Shown here one piece after another: positions 18,590-27,744 of a stretch of DNA of 48,012 nucleotides. Source of the stretch: Methanosarcinales archaeon (lineage in GTDB: Archaea; Halobacteriota; Syntropharchaeia; Alkanophagales; Methanospirareceae); contig JAODGH010000032.1 of assembly GCA_025464325.1 (NCBI GenBank), forward strand, positions 1-48,012, read 5' to 3'. Position 1 is the stretch's first letter, and the number at the start of each line of letters is the position of its first letter. The position numbers and the translations under genes are program-made. The notes under the pieces were generated by a model, which saw nothing but the letters and a program-made list of their open reading frames with translations, was not told the DNA's origin and did not search any database.

Positions 18590-19297
18590 ATGCTGGTGCT
18601 GAACCCCATTACTGCTGTTTATGAGCTGATACTGAAACGAGCAATCCTGAAATCACCTATTACGCTCAATCATATCCTTCTTGTACTGAATGAGAGTGAT
18701 CTCCTCCCGGACGACAGCATAGTGGGAGATAGCACCAGCACAGCCACGAAAGGGCTGGTTCGATTGAAACATTTCATCAGGTGGTGTGATGAACTAAGTA
18801 TAAACGTTATAAGCATTTACATAGCAGTAATACAGGGTGATGTGGGTAATAAACTGCTGGATGCGGCACATGAACATCTCAGGAAGGCGATAATCAGCAT
18901 ATTAAGCAGGGAGAACGCTTATGTTGCTATATACACAGGCTCCTCTGCATCGACCATCTGTGGAGAGGGTGGTGTGAGGAGGATAAATGTATCGATAGGT
19001 ATGGGTGGACGCAGTGAACTGACGAAAGCAATAAGAGCGATAGCGAAACGGGTGGAACGTGGAGAGGTAGAACCCGAGGACATCGATGAGAAGATGATAG
19101 AATCTCACCTCATATTCAAATCGGAGCCGGATCTGGTCATAAAGTCTGGTACGACGAGTTTAACCGATTTCCTGATTTGGCAGTCGGTATACAGTGAGTT
19201 CTATTTCACGGATGTGAACTGGCAGAATTTTCGTAAGATAGATCTGCTCCGGGCGGTTCGCGATTTCAAGTGGCGAGAACGCCGTTTTGGTAGATGA
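18590..19297 (+). CDS. cis-prenyltransferase (UppS) homologue with degenerate active site (NgBR/Nus1-like candidate)
   Basis: The C-terminal half is clearly UppS-like (GMGGR, PDLVIKSG...FLIWQSVYSEFYFTDVNWQNF, RERRFGR). The catalytic motifs are replaced, though: IMDGNRRWA becomes LVLNESDLL, and YAFSxENW becomes YIAVIQGD. Confidence 0.7.
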   Translation: MLVLNPITAVYELILKRAILKSPITLNHILLVLNESDLLPDDSIVGDSTSTATKGLVRLKHFIRWCDELSINVISIYIAVIQGDVGNKLLDAAHEHLRKAIISILSRENAYVAIYTGSSASTICGEGGVRRINVSIGMGGRSELTKAIRAIAKRVERGEVEPEDIDEKMIESHLIFKSEPDLVIKSGTTSLTDFLIWQSVYSEFYFTDVNWQNFRKIDLLRAVRDFKWRERRFGR

Positions 19298-19369
19298 ACG
19301 TGCCTTTATGAGGTTTTAAATTGTGGACATGTACAACACGTTAACGATATTGAGAAGAATAAGGACACT

Positions 19370-20044
19370 ATGGGCTACGTAGAGTCGGATATATGGGGAT
19401 CAAGGCACATTGGAGAGTTGTATAGCATTTATGGTGCTATTCGACCCGTAATATTAGCCAGATTGGCGGAGTTCAAGAGACTGGGCGAACGTGGCAGTGA
19501 GTATGACATATTCAAAGAGCTCGTATTCTGCCTGCTCACACCGCAATCGCGAGCCGAAAACTGCTGGTCCGCGGTAGAGTTTCTCGCGGGCAATAACTTG
19601 CTATTAGCTGGTGATGCTGCTACAATTGCGACTGCCCTGAGGGGTGTACGGTTCAGATACAATAAGGCGCGGTACATAGTAGAAGCGAGGGAGAGGTTCA
19701 TGATTGATGGCGAGCTAAAGCTCAGGAGGTTTTTGACGGACGTTGCGGATCCACAAGGTGTACGGGACTGGCTGGTCAGGACTGTGAAAGGGCTGGGCTA
19801 TAAAGAGGCGAGCCATCTGCTCAGAAATATCGGGTTGGGCACGAATATGGCGATTCTGGATCGGCATATACTGAAGAATTTGAGGATACTGGGTGTAATA
19901 GACGAGATACCGGCGAGTATGACCCGTAAGAGGTATCTGGCATTTGAGAGGAGGATGATGCGTTTTGCATGCAATGTATCGATACCGTTATCGCATCTGG
20001 ATTTCGTGTTGTGGTATAAAGAGACCGGCAGGGTGTTTAAATAA
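19370..20044 (+). CDS. ogg: N-glycosylase/DNA lyase (archaeal Ogg2-type 8-oxoguanine glycosylase)
   Basis: FCLLTPQSRAENCW, the HhH-GPD segment GLGYKEASHLLRNIG and ILDRHILKNL. Confidence 0.8.
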   Translation: MGYVESDIWGSRHIGELYSIYGAIRPVILARLAEFKRLGERGSEYDIFKELVFCLLTPQSRAENCWSAVEFLAGNNLLLAGDAATIATALRGVRFRYNKARYIVEARERFMIDGELKLRRFLTDVADPQGVRDWLVRTVKGLGYKEASHLLRNIGLGTNMAILDRHILKNLRILGVIDEIPASMTRKRYLAFERRMMRFACNVSIPLSHLDFVLWYKETGRVFK

Positions 20045-20151
20045 TTGATAACCGTATAGCTATCCAATATCATCAGGATATTAGAATGGGACGTGTGTTT
20101 ATTTAACCCTGACTCTGTCCTTCTTCCTGTGCTGGTTCCTCTTAGGCATGA

Positions 20152-20493
20152 TTATTTTAAGAACTCCTCTAATGACTTCACCTTTGACACTCCTTCTTTA
20201 ACCTTGGTAATCATCTTAAATGAATCATCATCAACATAACGCTTACTTCTGACGTAACTTCCAACTTCACCATCACCTATTGCCCTTTTCAGTCTTTCGG
20301 TTTCCATACCTATCTGTTCATAATTGAACGTTGTCTGAGCTTTCCTTCTTCTGTACAAGGAATTGTCTAAAAGATATTCGGGCTTGACCCTGCTATCTAC
20401 TGGACAAATCGCTCTGACTTCTCTTGCTTCCTGGATTTTATGATACCCATAGGCATCTTTGCAAAAGTATGGGTATGAGCTTTTAATTCCTGA
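20152..20493 (-). pseudogene. start-less remnant of an unidentified gene
   Basis: The minus-strand frame is open from 20493 to the stop at 20152. It has no ATG/GTG/TTG before the TTG at 20358, and it overlaps the 5' end of the opposite-strand PIN ORF. The setting is AT-rich. Confidence 0.3.
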
Positions 20494-20875
20494 TTATATC
20501 GTAAGGACTGGAATGAAAACCGATCTTGATATGCTCTATAGAGTAATAGAAAGAGGCGAAATGAGGACATTGTCGCAAATTCGAGGCGAAGATATTGAAG
20601 AACTTAGATTTAGATTTTCTTCCCTTAATCGGGGCGAGTTAGAAGTAATCTGGTGGGGAAGACATTTCAAAAGTGGAGGTGAAAAGTATCTATGTGCTCT
20701 GGATGATGGAAAAGCTCGCAGGGCAGCAAAAAAGTTGGGAATTGAAATAATCGGAACTTTAGGGATAATCGAAGTTTTGAATGAACTTGGAATAATAAAG
20801 AAAGAAGAAAGAATCGAGTTATGTGTAGAATTAAGAAACAAAGAGTTCCGAATGCCTAAGGACTACAAATGTTGA
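20459..20875 (+). CDS. PIN-like (DUF3368-type) toxin homologue, apparently 5'-truncated
   Basis: LNRGELEVI...ALDDGKARRAAKKLGIEIIGTLGIIEVL matches the C-terminal two thirds of DUF3368 PIN proteins. The N-terminal strand carrying the first acidic residue is absent, an in-frame stop lies at 20450, and only a TTG start is available. Confidence 0.5.
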   Translation: MQKYGYELLIPDYIVRTGMKTDLDMLYRVIERGEMRTLSQIRGEDIEELRFRFSSLNRGELEVIWWGRHFKSGGEKYLCALDDGKARRAAKKLGIEIIGTLGIIEVLNELGIIKKEERIELCVELRNKEFRMPKDYKC

Positions 20876-21251
20876 GATTGATATTCAAGCGGTATGGGTG
20901 TATCGCATAGTTGCGTATCAGGTAATGGCAATGGAAGGAAGAGTGAAATTGTCACAGGTGGAAATCGCACATTATATGCGTGTGACGGAGGCGATTGAAC
21001 TGACGAGGAAAGCGCAGGGAAGGAGGTAGAGGTGATATAGATCGGGATTTAGAGACATGAGAGAACCAGAAAAGGGGCCCTAACTAAGAATGAATTCCTA
21101 AGCAGCCATTTTTTGCGCCTGGGGGCTCTCGCTTTTTGTATCCTCAACTCTTCATCTTAGGGGGATATAATATAATAAAACCCATGATAAAACTACAAAG
21201 GACGGTAACGTATACAACATGATAATCCCATATAAAAGGTTGTTGATTTGA

Positions 21252-23981
21252 ATGGATAATAGAAACTGGTATCAACTCACAGTGGAAGAGGTTTTTGAAG
21301 CCTTAAAATCCAGCACTGCGGGACTCAGCACCAGCGAGTCAAAATCACGGCTTGCGAGATACGGCTATAACGAGCTGAAGTTCAGGCGACGAAGCACGCT
21401 CATCCGGTTCCTCATGCAGTTCCACAACGCCTTAATCTATATCCTGCTCGCTGCCGCATTCGTTACCGCAATTCTTGATATGTGGATGGATACCATAGCT
21501 ATCATGGCGGTGGTCTTTGCCAATACGATAATAGGCTTCATTCAGGAAGGCAAAGCAGAAGCTTCGATAGAGGCGCTGGATAAGATGATGACTCCGGAGT
21601 GCACCGTGCTCCGGGACGGTAAGAAACAGATCATACCGGCACGTGAACTGGTTCCCGGCGATGTGGTCCTGCTGGAAGAGGGAGACAAAGTGCCTGCGGA
21701 CTTACGGCTGTTCTACGCAAAGAACATGAGTGCCGATGAAGCCACTCTCACCGGGGAATCGATACCTGTGAACAAGGGCATTGAACCCATCACGAAAACG
21801 GACCTATCTCTCGCAGACCAGCGCTGCATGGCTTTCAGTGGCACTTTCATCACACGCGGTTCCGGGCAGGGCATCGTTGTGGCGACCGGTGAGCATACTG
21901 AGATGGGACGAATCGCAGAACTCATGAAATCAGCACCTAAAATCACCACTCCTCTGATGCGTAAGCTTGCGGACTTCACACGGTTTCTGGTCATCGCCAT
22001 CATCGCAATTGCAGCTCTTAATTTCATACTGGGGCTGTTATTTGGTTTCCCGCTCAGGTATTCGTTCCTTGCGTCGGTGGCGTTAGCGGTTGCGGCGATA
22101 CCGGAGGGTCTGCCTGCTATTGTGACCATAACCTTAGCCTTTGGTGTGACCGCAATGGCACGTCGAAATGCGCTTATAAAACGACTGCCCGCAGCAGAAA
22201 CGCTTGGTTGCACTACCGTTATATGCACAGATAAAACCGGCACACTCACAAAGAACCAGATGACCGTGTCCCGGATATACTGCGGAGGGAAAGTCTATGA
22301 GGTGACCGGTGCGGGATATGCCCCCTATGGTGAATTCATACTTGAGGATATAGCAATCAATCCGGCAGAAGCGGGAGAAGAGCTGATTGAACCCCTGAAA
22401 GCCGGTTATTTCTGTAATCATGCGTTCCTTATCGAGGCTGAGGACGTGTATAGCATTGCAGGCGACCCTACAGAAGGTGCTATGGTGGTCGCTGCACGCA
22501 AAGCAGGTATTAACGCACGTCTCCCACTACTCGATGAGATACCTTTTGTGGCTGAACAGCAGTATATGGCAACCCTGCACGAAGGTACTGATGCAGAAGA
22601 AAATGTAATCTACGTGAAAGGTTCTCCTGAAAAGGTCCTGGAGATGTGCCAGAACCAGCTGGTCAATGGAAGTACGGCACCTCTACGCAGAGAAGAGATA
22701 CTGACAGAGGCGGATGCGATGGCAGGCGAAGCTTTGAGAGTCCTTGGTATGGCGTATAAACGCGTACCGAAGACAAAAAAGAGACTCAAATCAGACGATT
22801 TGAATGGGTTTACCTTTCTCGGTCTCCAGGGCATGATAGACCCGTCCAGAGAAGAAGCAATAGATGCGGTTCAGAAATGCAAACGGGCAGGTATTAAGGT
22901 TGTGATGGTCACTGGCGACCACGCAAAGACGGCAAAAGCTATCGCACGACGGTTAGGAATTAGCAATGCTGAAGACCGGGTGATTACCGGCGGGGAGCTC
23001 TCACGAATGAGCGATGATGAGCTGTACGAGGTTGTAGATACCGTCCCGGTATACGCCCGGGCTGCTCCAGAACATAAGTTCAGAATAGTCACGCAGTTAC
23101 GGCGAAGAGGGCATATTATCGCCGTTACGGGCGATGGTGTGAACGATGCACCAGCGTTAAAGGCTGCGGATATCGGGATCGCAATGGGAATAACGGGAAC
23201 CGAGGTGAGCAAGGAGGCTGCGGATATGATTCTAACAGATGATAACTTCGCCAGTATCGTGTCCGCGGTGGAGGAGGGCAGACATGTCTTCGATACCATC
23301 AAGAAGGTCATCCTTTACACGCTGCCCACTAATGGTGGACAGACCCTGCTGGTACTGGGTGCGGTACTGCTTGCACACTTTATGCACCTGTTCAATCCAC
23401 TTTTTGGCGGGCGTCTACCTGTTGAGCCTGTACAAATCCTGTGGATAAATTTGATTGATGCCGTTGCTCTCGCACTGACGCTCATACGTGAGCCGAAGGA
23501 GAAGGGGTTACTTGATAGACCGCCTCGCAACCCTGATGAACGTATAACAGACAGCCCGTTTTTTAAGAAGGTCGGACTGGTATCGGTAGTAATGGCAGTT
23601 GCAGGCTTCACGGTATATTACTACTCCGGTGAGCCTGCCTTAGCCGGTTCCGTGGCGGACCCCGAATTACGACTGACGCAGGCGCAAACGGCTGCGTTCA
23701 CCACTGTTATGCTCGTCCATATCTGCTATCTCTTCACTGCAAGGTCAATAACAGAGTCTGCATTTACGTTCAGCCCGTTCTCTAATAGATGGGTGCTCAT
23801 CGGTGTCGCCGTAACGCTCGCGCTGCAGCTTACGGTGATATACGTCCTCCCATCAGGTGTTAACCCGTTGAGAACCGCACCTATACCTGTGGACTGGTGG
23901 ATAACCATGGTCATGGTCTCACTCCCGATATTCTTCATAATCGAGCTGGAGAAGTTCCTGACGAAGCGCTGGAAACGGTAA
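21252..23981 (+). CDS. P-type cation-transporting ATPase (type II, Ca2+/cation pump-like)
   Basis: TGES, PEGLP, the phosphorylation site ICTDKTGTLTKN, MVTGDH and TGDGVNDAPALKAADIGIAMG. 909 aa with about 10 TM. Confidence 0.9.
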   Translation: MDNRNWYQLTVEEVFEALKSSTAGLSTSESKSRLARYGYNELKFRRRSTLIRFLMQFHNALIYILLAAAFVTAILDMWMDTIAIMAVVFANTIIGFIQEGKAEASIEALDKMMTPECTVLRDGKKQIIPARELVPGDVVLLEEGDKVPADLRLFYAKNMSADEATLTGESIPVNKGIEPITKTDLSLADQRCMAFSGTFITRGSGQGIVVATGEHTEMGRIAELMKSAPKITTPLMRKLADFTRFLVIAIIAIAALNFILGLLFGFPLRYSFLASVALAVAAIPEGLPAIVTITLAFGVTAMARRNALIKRLPAAETLGCTTVICTDKTGTLTKNQMTVSRIYCGGKVYEVTGAGYAPYGEFILEDIAINPAEAGEELIEPLKAGYFCNHAFLIEAEDVYSIAGDPTEGAMVVAARKAGINARLPLLDEIPFVAEQQYMATLHEGTDAEENVIYVKGSPEKVLEMCQNQLVNGSTAPLRREEILTEADAMAGEALRVLGMAYKRVPKTKKRLKSDDLNGFTFLGLQGMIDPSREEAIDAVQKCKRAGIKVVMVTGDHAKTAKAIARRLGISNAEDRVITGGELSRMSDDELYEVVDTVPVYARAAPEHKFRIVTQLRRRGHIIAVTGDGVNDAPALKAADIGIAMGITGTEVSKEAADMILTDDNFASIVSAVEEGRHVFDTIKKVILYTLPTNGGQTLLVLGAVLLAHFMHLFNPLFGGRLPVEPVQILWINLIDAVALALTLIREPKEKGLLDRPPRNPDERITDSPFFKKVGLVSVVMAVAGFTVYYYSGEPALAGSVADPELRLTQAQTAAFTTVMLVHICYLFTARSITESAFTFSPFSNRWVLIGVAVTLALQLTVIYVLPSGVNPLRTAPIPVDWWITMVMVSLPIFFIIELEKFLTKRWKR

Positions 23982-24012
23982 CGCTTAAGGCAGACATAAA
24001 AAAACAGCAGTA

Positions 24013-24948
24013 TCATTCTCCCCCTAATTCGCTAAGATGTGCCCGAATTACATTCAGGCACTTTTCGCCGTATCGCATCATCTCACCATTCGTTATGCCT
24101 CTAATGAGTAACAGTTCTTCCATTGTTTGAGGCTTCCTGGCTGCTATCTCTTTCAATGTGGAATTATGGCAGACTTCGAAAGGTTCGATTCGCTCCGCTA
24201 TCGCTATTTCCCTCCTTAACCTACTTAATTTCGCAAATAACTCGTTATCATAATTTTCGGTAGTAGCAGTAGCAGTAGCGGTGGCATCATGAAGTCCGGT
24301 TTTTAGCACTCCGGGTGTGGTTATCTCCACTTCCTCCCGTTTCAATATGAACCTCACCCTCTTCCGCTCTATCAGCTCCTTTATCTCCTTCTCCGCACGT
24401 GTTAAGCCCGATGTGCCCGTTTTCACTTCTATAAAATCGATATACTCATCGCTAATCCCGATAAAATCAACGGGCTCTCCCAAAGGTATAATCCTCTTGT
24501 AATCGGCTAATATCCTTATAAGCGTTGTGAACTCCCCGACTCTGCCCTTTCTAACATTTATACCTGATTGTATGCTCTTGAGTACCTTATTCGGTAATTT
24601 GTCACCCATCTCCGCTATATTCCTGTCAAATTCCTTCAAATCCCGCAATGCACGTTCCAGCACCTCTTTTACGGGTTCTTTAACATCTTCAGGTAGCTCC
24701 TTGCGTATCCTCTCAAACAATTCCGCAACTGACTTCAGTGTGGTTGAAACGCCACCCACACGTTCTGATACCTCACTCACCGCTTCACGAACCGCTCTGG
24801 AGACATCTTCTCGTAGCCTCGTCGAGATGTCTTCGCTTAACTTTGTCGTATCTACCGCTACAGTCTCTCTTCTCCTCAGTGAAATGCCCAGGATGACCAG
24901 TACAAGCAGAATCGTCACGAGCAAGCCTATAATAACGTACTCAAGCAT
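24013..24948 (-). CDS. membrane-anchored Holliday-junction-resolvase-like endonuclease (COG4741-type) fused to a C-terminal HRDC domain
   Basis: An N-terminal TM followed by RRRE, then a coiled coil. The nuclease core is PLGEPVDFIGISDEYIDFIEVKTGTSGLTRAEKEIKELI. An (Ala-Thr)4 linker leads to the HRDC-like segment LFAKLSRLRREIAIAERIEPFEVCHNSTLKEIAARKPQTMEELLLIRGI. Confidence 0.65.
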   Translation of the reverse strand: MLEYVIIGLLVTILLVLVILGISLRRRETVAVDTTKLSEDISTRLREDVSRAVREAVSEVSERVGGVSTTLKSVAELFERIRKELPEDVKEPVKEVLERALRDLKEFDRNIAEMGDKLPNKVLKSIQSGINVRKGRVGEFTTLIRILADYKRIIPLGEPVDFIGISDEYIDFIEVKTGTSGLTRAEKEIKELIERKRVRFILKREEVEITTPGVLKTGLHDATATATATTENYDNELFAKLSRLRREIAIAERIEPFEVCHNSTLKEIAARKPQTMEELLLIRGITNGEMMRYGEKCLNVIRAHLSELGGE

Positions 24949-25159
24949 CTTTCCACTCCTTCATTAGATTAACCATTAATATTTATAGGTGGTTGGTATC
25001 TCTCACACGAGATAATAGCTTAGCCGTGCGCCACATTGTCGTGCTCTGACAGGTTTCTACTCTGCTGTAGATCGTTTTTTTCGGGCTGAACCGGTTTTTT
25101 GGCTAATCACAATTTATATATGGCCCGATAGCCAACTATGATTTGAGGTACATGCAAAA

Positions 25160-25912
25160 ATGGGTAAATATAGCGATGGGCTGGCATTCAAGTTGATAGC
25201 TTTATTTGCGATCTGTATAGCCATCGGGGGCATACTGTACATCAATACAAACGCGAATGCGATAGACAGCAGGGGCAATTCTTCAATAACTGTGACAGGA
25301 ACCGGGCTATTAAAAGCGGATCCGGATAAAGCCCGGATATGCCTGGGTGTAGAGACGCAATCGGACAATGTAACTGCAGCTTTAGAGGAGAACTCATTAA
25401 AAATGCGATCCGTAATCAAAGCGATAAAAGATATCGGGATATCGGGAGAGGATATAGAAACAACATACTTTGGTGTATATCCGATCAGGGATTACGAAAA
25501 GCGCAATAACGAAATCGTGGGCTACCGTGTGAGCAGCGAGGTTCAGGTCGAAGTTCGCGATCTTGAAAAGACAGGCAGAGTTATAGAAGAGGCGATGCGT
25601 GCAGGTGCCAACAAAGTGCGGAGTATTGAATTTGGACTGACGGACGCGAAAAGGGACAAGTTGCGTAACGAAGCGATAGAAAAGGCATGTAAAAATGCAA
25701 GAGCTAAAGCTGATGCGATAGCACGTGGTCTGGGACTGAGGATCGTCAGGATAAGAACCGCGAAGGAAAGCGGCGTGTATGTGAGACCATATAGATCCAG
25801 TGATTTAGATTATGTGGTTGCAACTGCAACTCCTGAAGCAGTACCACCACCAATCGAGCCGAAATCGGTGGATGTTAGTGCTACAATCGAGGTGGCTTAT
25901 GAGTGTATATAG
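25160..25912 (+). CDS. SIMPL-domain (DUF541) protein with N-terminal signal anchor
   Basis: ITVTGTGLLKADPDKARICLGVET, GYRVSSEVQVEV and the C-terminal IEVAYE are typical of SIMPL/DUF541. Confidence 0.75.
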   Translation: MGKYSDGLAFKLIALFAICIAIGGILYINTNANAIDSRGNSSITVTGTGLLKADPDKARICLGVETQSDNVTAALEENSLKMRSVIKAIKDIGISGEDIETTYFGVYPIRDYEKRNNEIVGYRVSSEVQVEVRDLEKTGRVIEEAMRAGANKVRSIEFGLTDAKRDKLRNEAIEKACKNARAKADAIARGLGLRIVRIRTAKESGVYVRPYRSSDLDYVVATATPEAVPPPIEPKSVDVSATIEVAYECI

Positions 25913-26009
25913 CTAACGGATCGTGCTCCATTTTCGGGCATACGCTGGCGCCCGTTTAAATATAACAAGTTTTTTATATTTACTGGTCCAAATTTAGGAT
26001 AAATAAGAA

Positions 26010-26465
26010 ATGACGACGGTATACGACGTACCAGCGGATGAGCTGGTGAAGAGAGTGGCGGATAGATTGAAGAAGAACAAGCATATTCGCCTCCCCAAAT
26101 GGGCTATGGAAGTGAAGACCGGGGCACATAAAGAATTACCTCCTCAAGATAATGAATGGTGGTACGTACGTGCTGCATCCATGCTGAGGCAGATCTATAT
26201 GCACGGACCGGTGGGTGTGGCACGGCTACGTACGTATTATGGTGGCAGGGTGAGAAGAGGTACGAGACGGGAACGATTTAGAGAAGCTTCTGGTAAGGTT
26301 ATAAGGACGATATTGTCGCAGTTAGAAGAAGCTGGCTATGTTATTAAACCAGAGAAGATCAAGAAGGGACGGATGATATCACCAAAAGGGCAGTCTTTCC
26401 TCGATGATATCGCACATGATATAAAGCTTGAAATGCTTAAAGGAGGTGACCGCAGTGGCAAGTGA
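26010..26465 (+). CDS. rps19e: 30S ribosomal protein S19e
   Basis: [46 protein letters not shown] and [14 protein letters not shown]. Confidence 0.95.
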   Translation: MTTVYDVPADELVKRVADRLKKNKHIRLPKWAMEVKTGAHKELPPQDNEWWYVRAASMLRQIYMHGPVGVARLRTYYGGRVRRGTRRERFREASGKVIRTILSQLEEAGYVIKPEKIKKGRMISPKGQSFLDDIAHDIKLEMLKGGDRSGK

Positions 26466-26787
26466 CGAGGAACTGGAGGAGATAAGGCGTAAGAAGTACG
26501 AACAGTTGATGCAGGCGCAGGCGGGAGCTGCCGCGGAAGAAGAGAAGCAGCAGCAGATAGAGGAGGCAAAACGGAATATTATACGGCAGATACTCACGTC
26601 AGAAGCGCGAGAACGGTTGAATACGATAAGAATGGCAAAACCAGAATTCGCAGAACTGCTGGAGAACCAGCTGATTGCCCTCGCACAGAGTGGTCGGATC
26701 AAACAAATGATAAACGATGCCCAGCTCAAGGAGATTCTACGGCAGATAATGCCAAAGAAGCGTGATATATCCATAAGACGGATATAA
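26455..26787 (+). CDS. PDCD5/TFAR19-like dsDNA-binding protein
   Basis: [15 protein letters not shown]..., [40 protein letters not shown] at 26455 after the SD aggaggtga. This is the conserved archaeal neighbour of rps19e. Confidence 0.85.
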   Translation: MASDEELEEIRRKKYEQLMQAQAGAAAEEEKQQQIEEAKRNIIRQILTSEARERLNTIRMAKPEFAELLENQLIALAQSGRIKQMINDAQLKEILRQIMPKKRDISIRRI

Positions 26788-26839
26788 TGAACTTCTTTTG
26801 ACTTATTCTATTTGATTCTATGACGCTGCTGCACAAACG

Positions 26840-27709
26840 ATGAAACGGGAAGAGGTCCTGATAGAAGCGCTGCCATATATTCGTAAGTTCTATGGCTCTA
26901 AAATCGTAATTAAGGTCGGTGGACACGCTCTGGTAGAGGAAAGTATCATGGATAACATCATGCGTGACACCGTTCTACTACGATATATCGGGATAAATCC
27001 TGTGGTTGTGCATGGTGGTGGTCCTGAAATAACAAGACTCATGGAACGGCTGGGTAAGAAACCAAAGTTTATTGGTGGGCTCCGTATCACGGATGATGAA
27101 ACGTTGGAGATAGCGCGGATGGTACTCGTCGGCAGTGTCAACGAACGCATAGTATCGCTGATTGGCAAGCATGGTGGAAAGGGTATCGGGCTATCGGGCA
27201 ATGATGGCCGGCTACTGGTAGCGAAGAAGAAGGATAAGCAGCACATGGCTGGTGAGGAGATAGACCTTGGATGGGTCGGTGAGATAGAAGAGATCAATGC
27301 AGAGCTGATAAATATTACGGCAGAGCACAATTATATACCCGTTATATCGCCGATTGCGGTAGACAGGGCAGGTAATAGCTTGAATGTGAATGCCGATTCG
27401 GTCGCTGCGGAGATAGCGTGTGCGATAAAAGCAAAGAAGCTAATATTGCTCACCGATGTTGTAGGGCTGCTACGTAACCCCGCGAATCCCGCTTCGCTTA
27501 TATCTCAGGCGACACCCACGCTGGTACAGGAACTCATATCGACCGGTGTCATAGCTGGTGGTATGCTACCAAAAGCAGAAGCATGCCTGAAAGCTGCAAA
27601 TCAAGGTGTCACCGCGCACATAATCGATGGTAGAGTACCACACACACTGCTGCTTGAGTTACTCACTGATAGTGGCATAGGTACCATGATAACCCCGGAT
27701 GAAGTTTGA
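26840..27709 (+). CDS. argB: acetylglutamate kinase
   Basis: LPYIRKFYGSKIVIKVGGHAL, VVVHGGGPEI, GLRITD, NVNADSVAA and LLTDVVGL. Confidence 0.9.
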   Translation: MKREEVLIEALPYIRKFYGSKIVIKVGGHALVEESIMDNIMRDTVLLRYIGINPVVVHGGGPEITRLMERLGKKPKFIGGLRITDDETLEIARMVLVGSVNERIVSLIGKHGGKGIGLSGNDGRLLVAKKKDKQHMAGEEIDLGWVGEIEEINAELINITAEHNYIPVISPIAVDRAGNSLNVNADSVAAEIACAIKAKKLILLTDVVGLLRNPANPASLISQATPTLVQELISTGVIAGGMLPKAEACLKAANQGVTAHIIDGRVPHTLLLELLTDSGIGTMITPDEV

Positions 27710-27744
27710 GTTAGCAGCCAGCCCGGGTCTTAGGTACGTAAAGT

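Noticed and set aside
20925-21029. A 34-codon ORF (MAMEGRVKLSQVEIAHYMRVTEAIELTRKAQGRR) that could be a mini-antitoxin next to the PIN remnant.
   Set aside because: It is too short to assign, I could identify no RHH/HTH motif with confidence, and it lies downstream of the toxin-like ORF rather than upstream.
18502-21251. An integrated element using tRNA-Ser as attachment site.
   Set aside because: By eye I found no direct repeat of the tRNA 3' half downstream and no integrase gene. The genes immediately after the tRNA (UppS-like, ogg) are housekeeping.
24262-24285. A hexanucleotide repeat (gtagca x3 plus a variant) encoding (Ala-Thr)4 in the nuclease-HRDC protein.
   Set aside because: It is an in-frame simple-sequence linker between two domains, not an independent element. 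It is noted under the parent gene.
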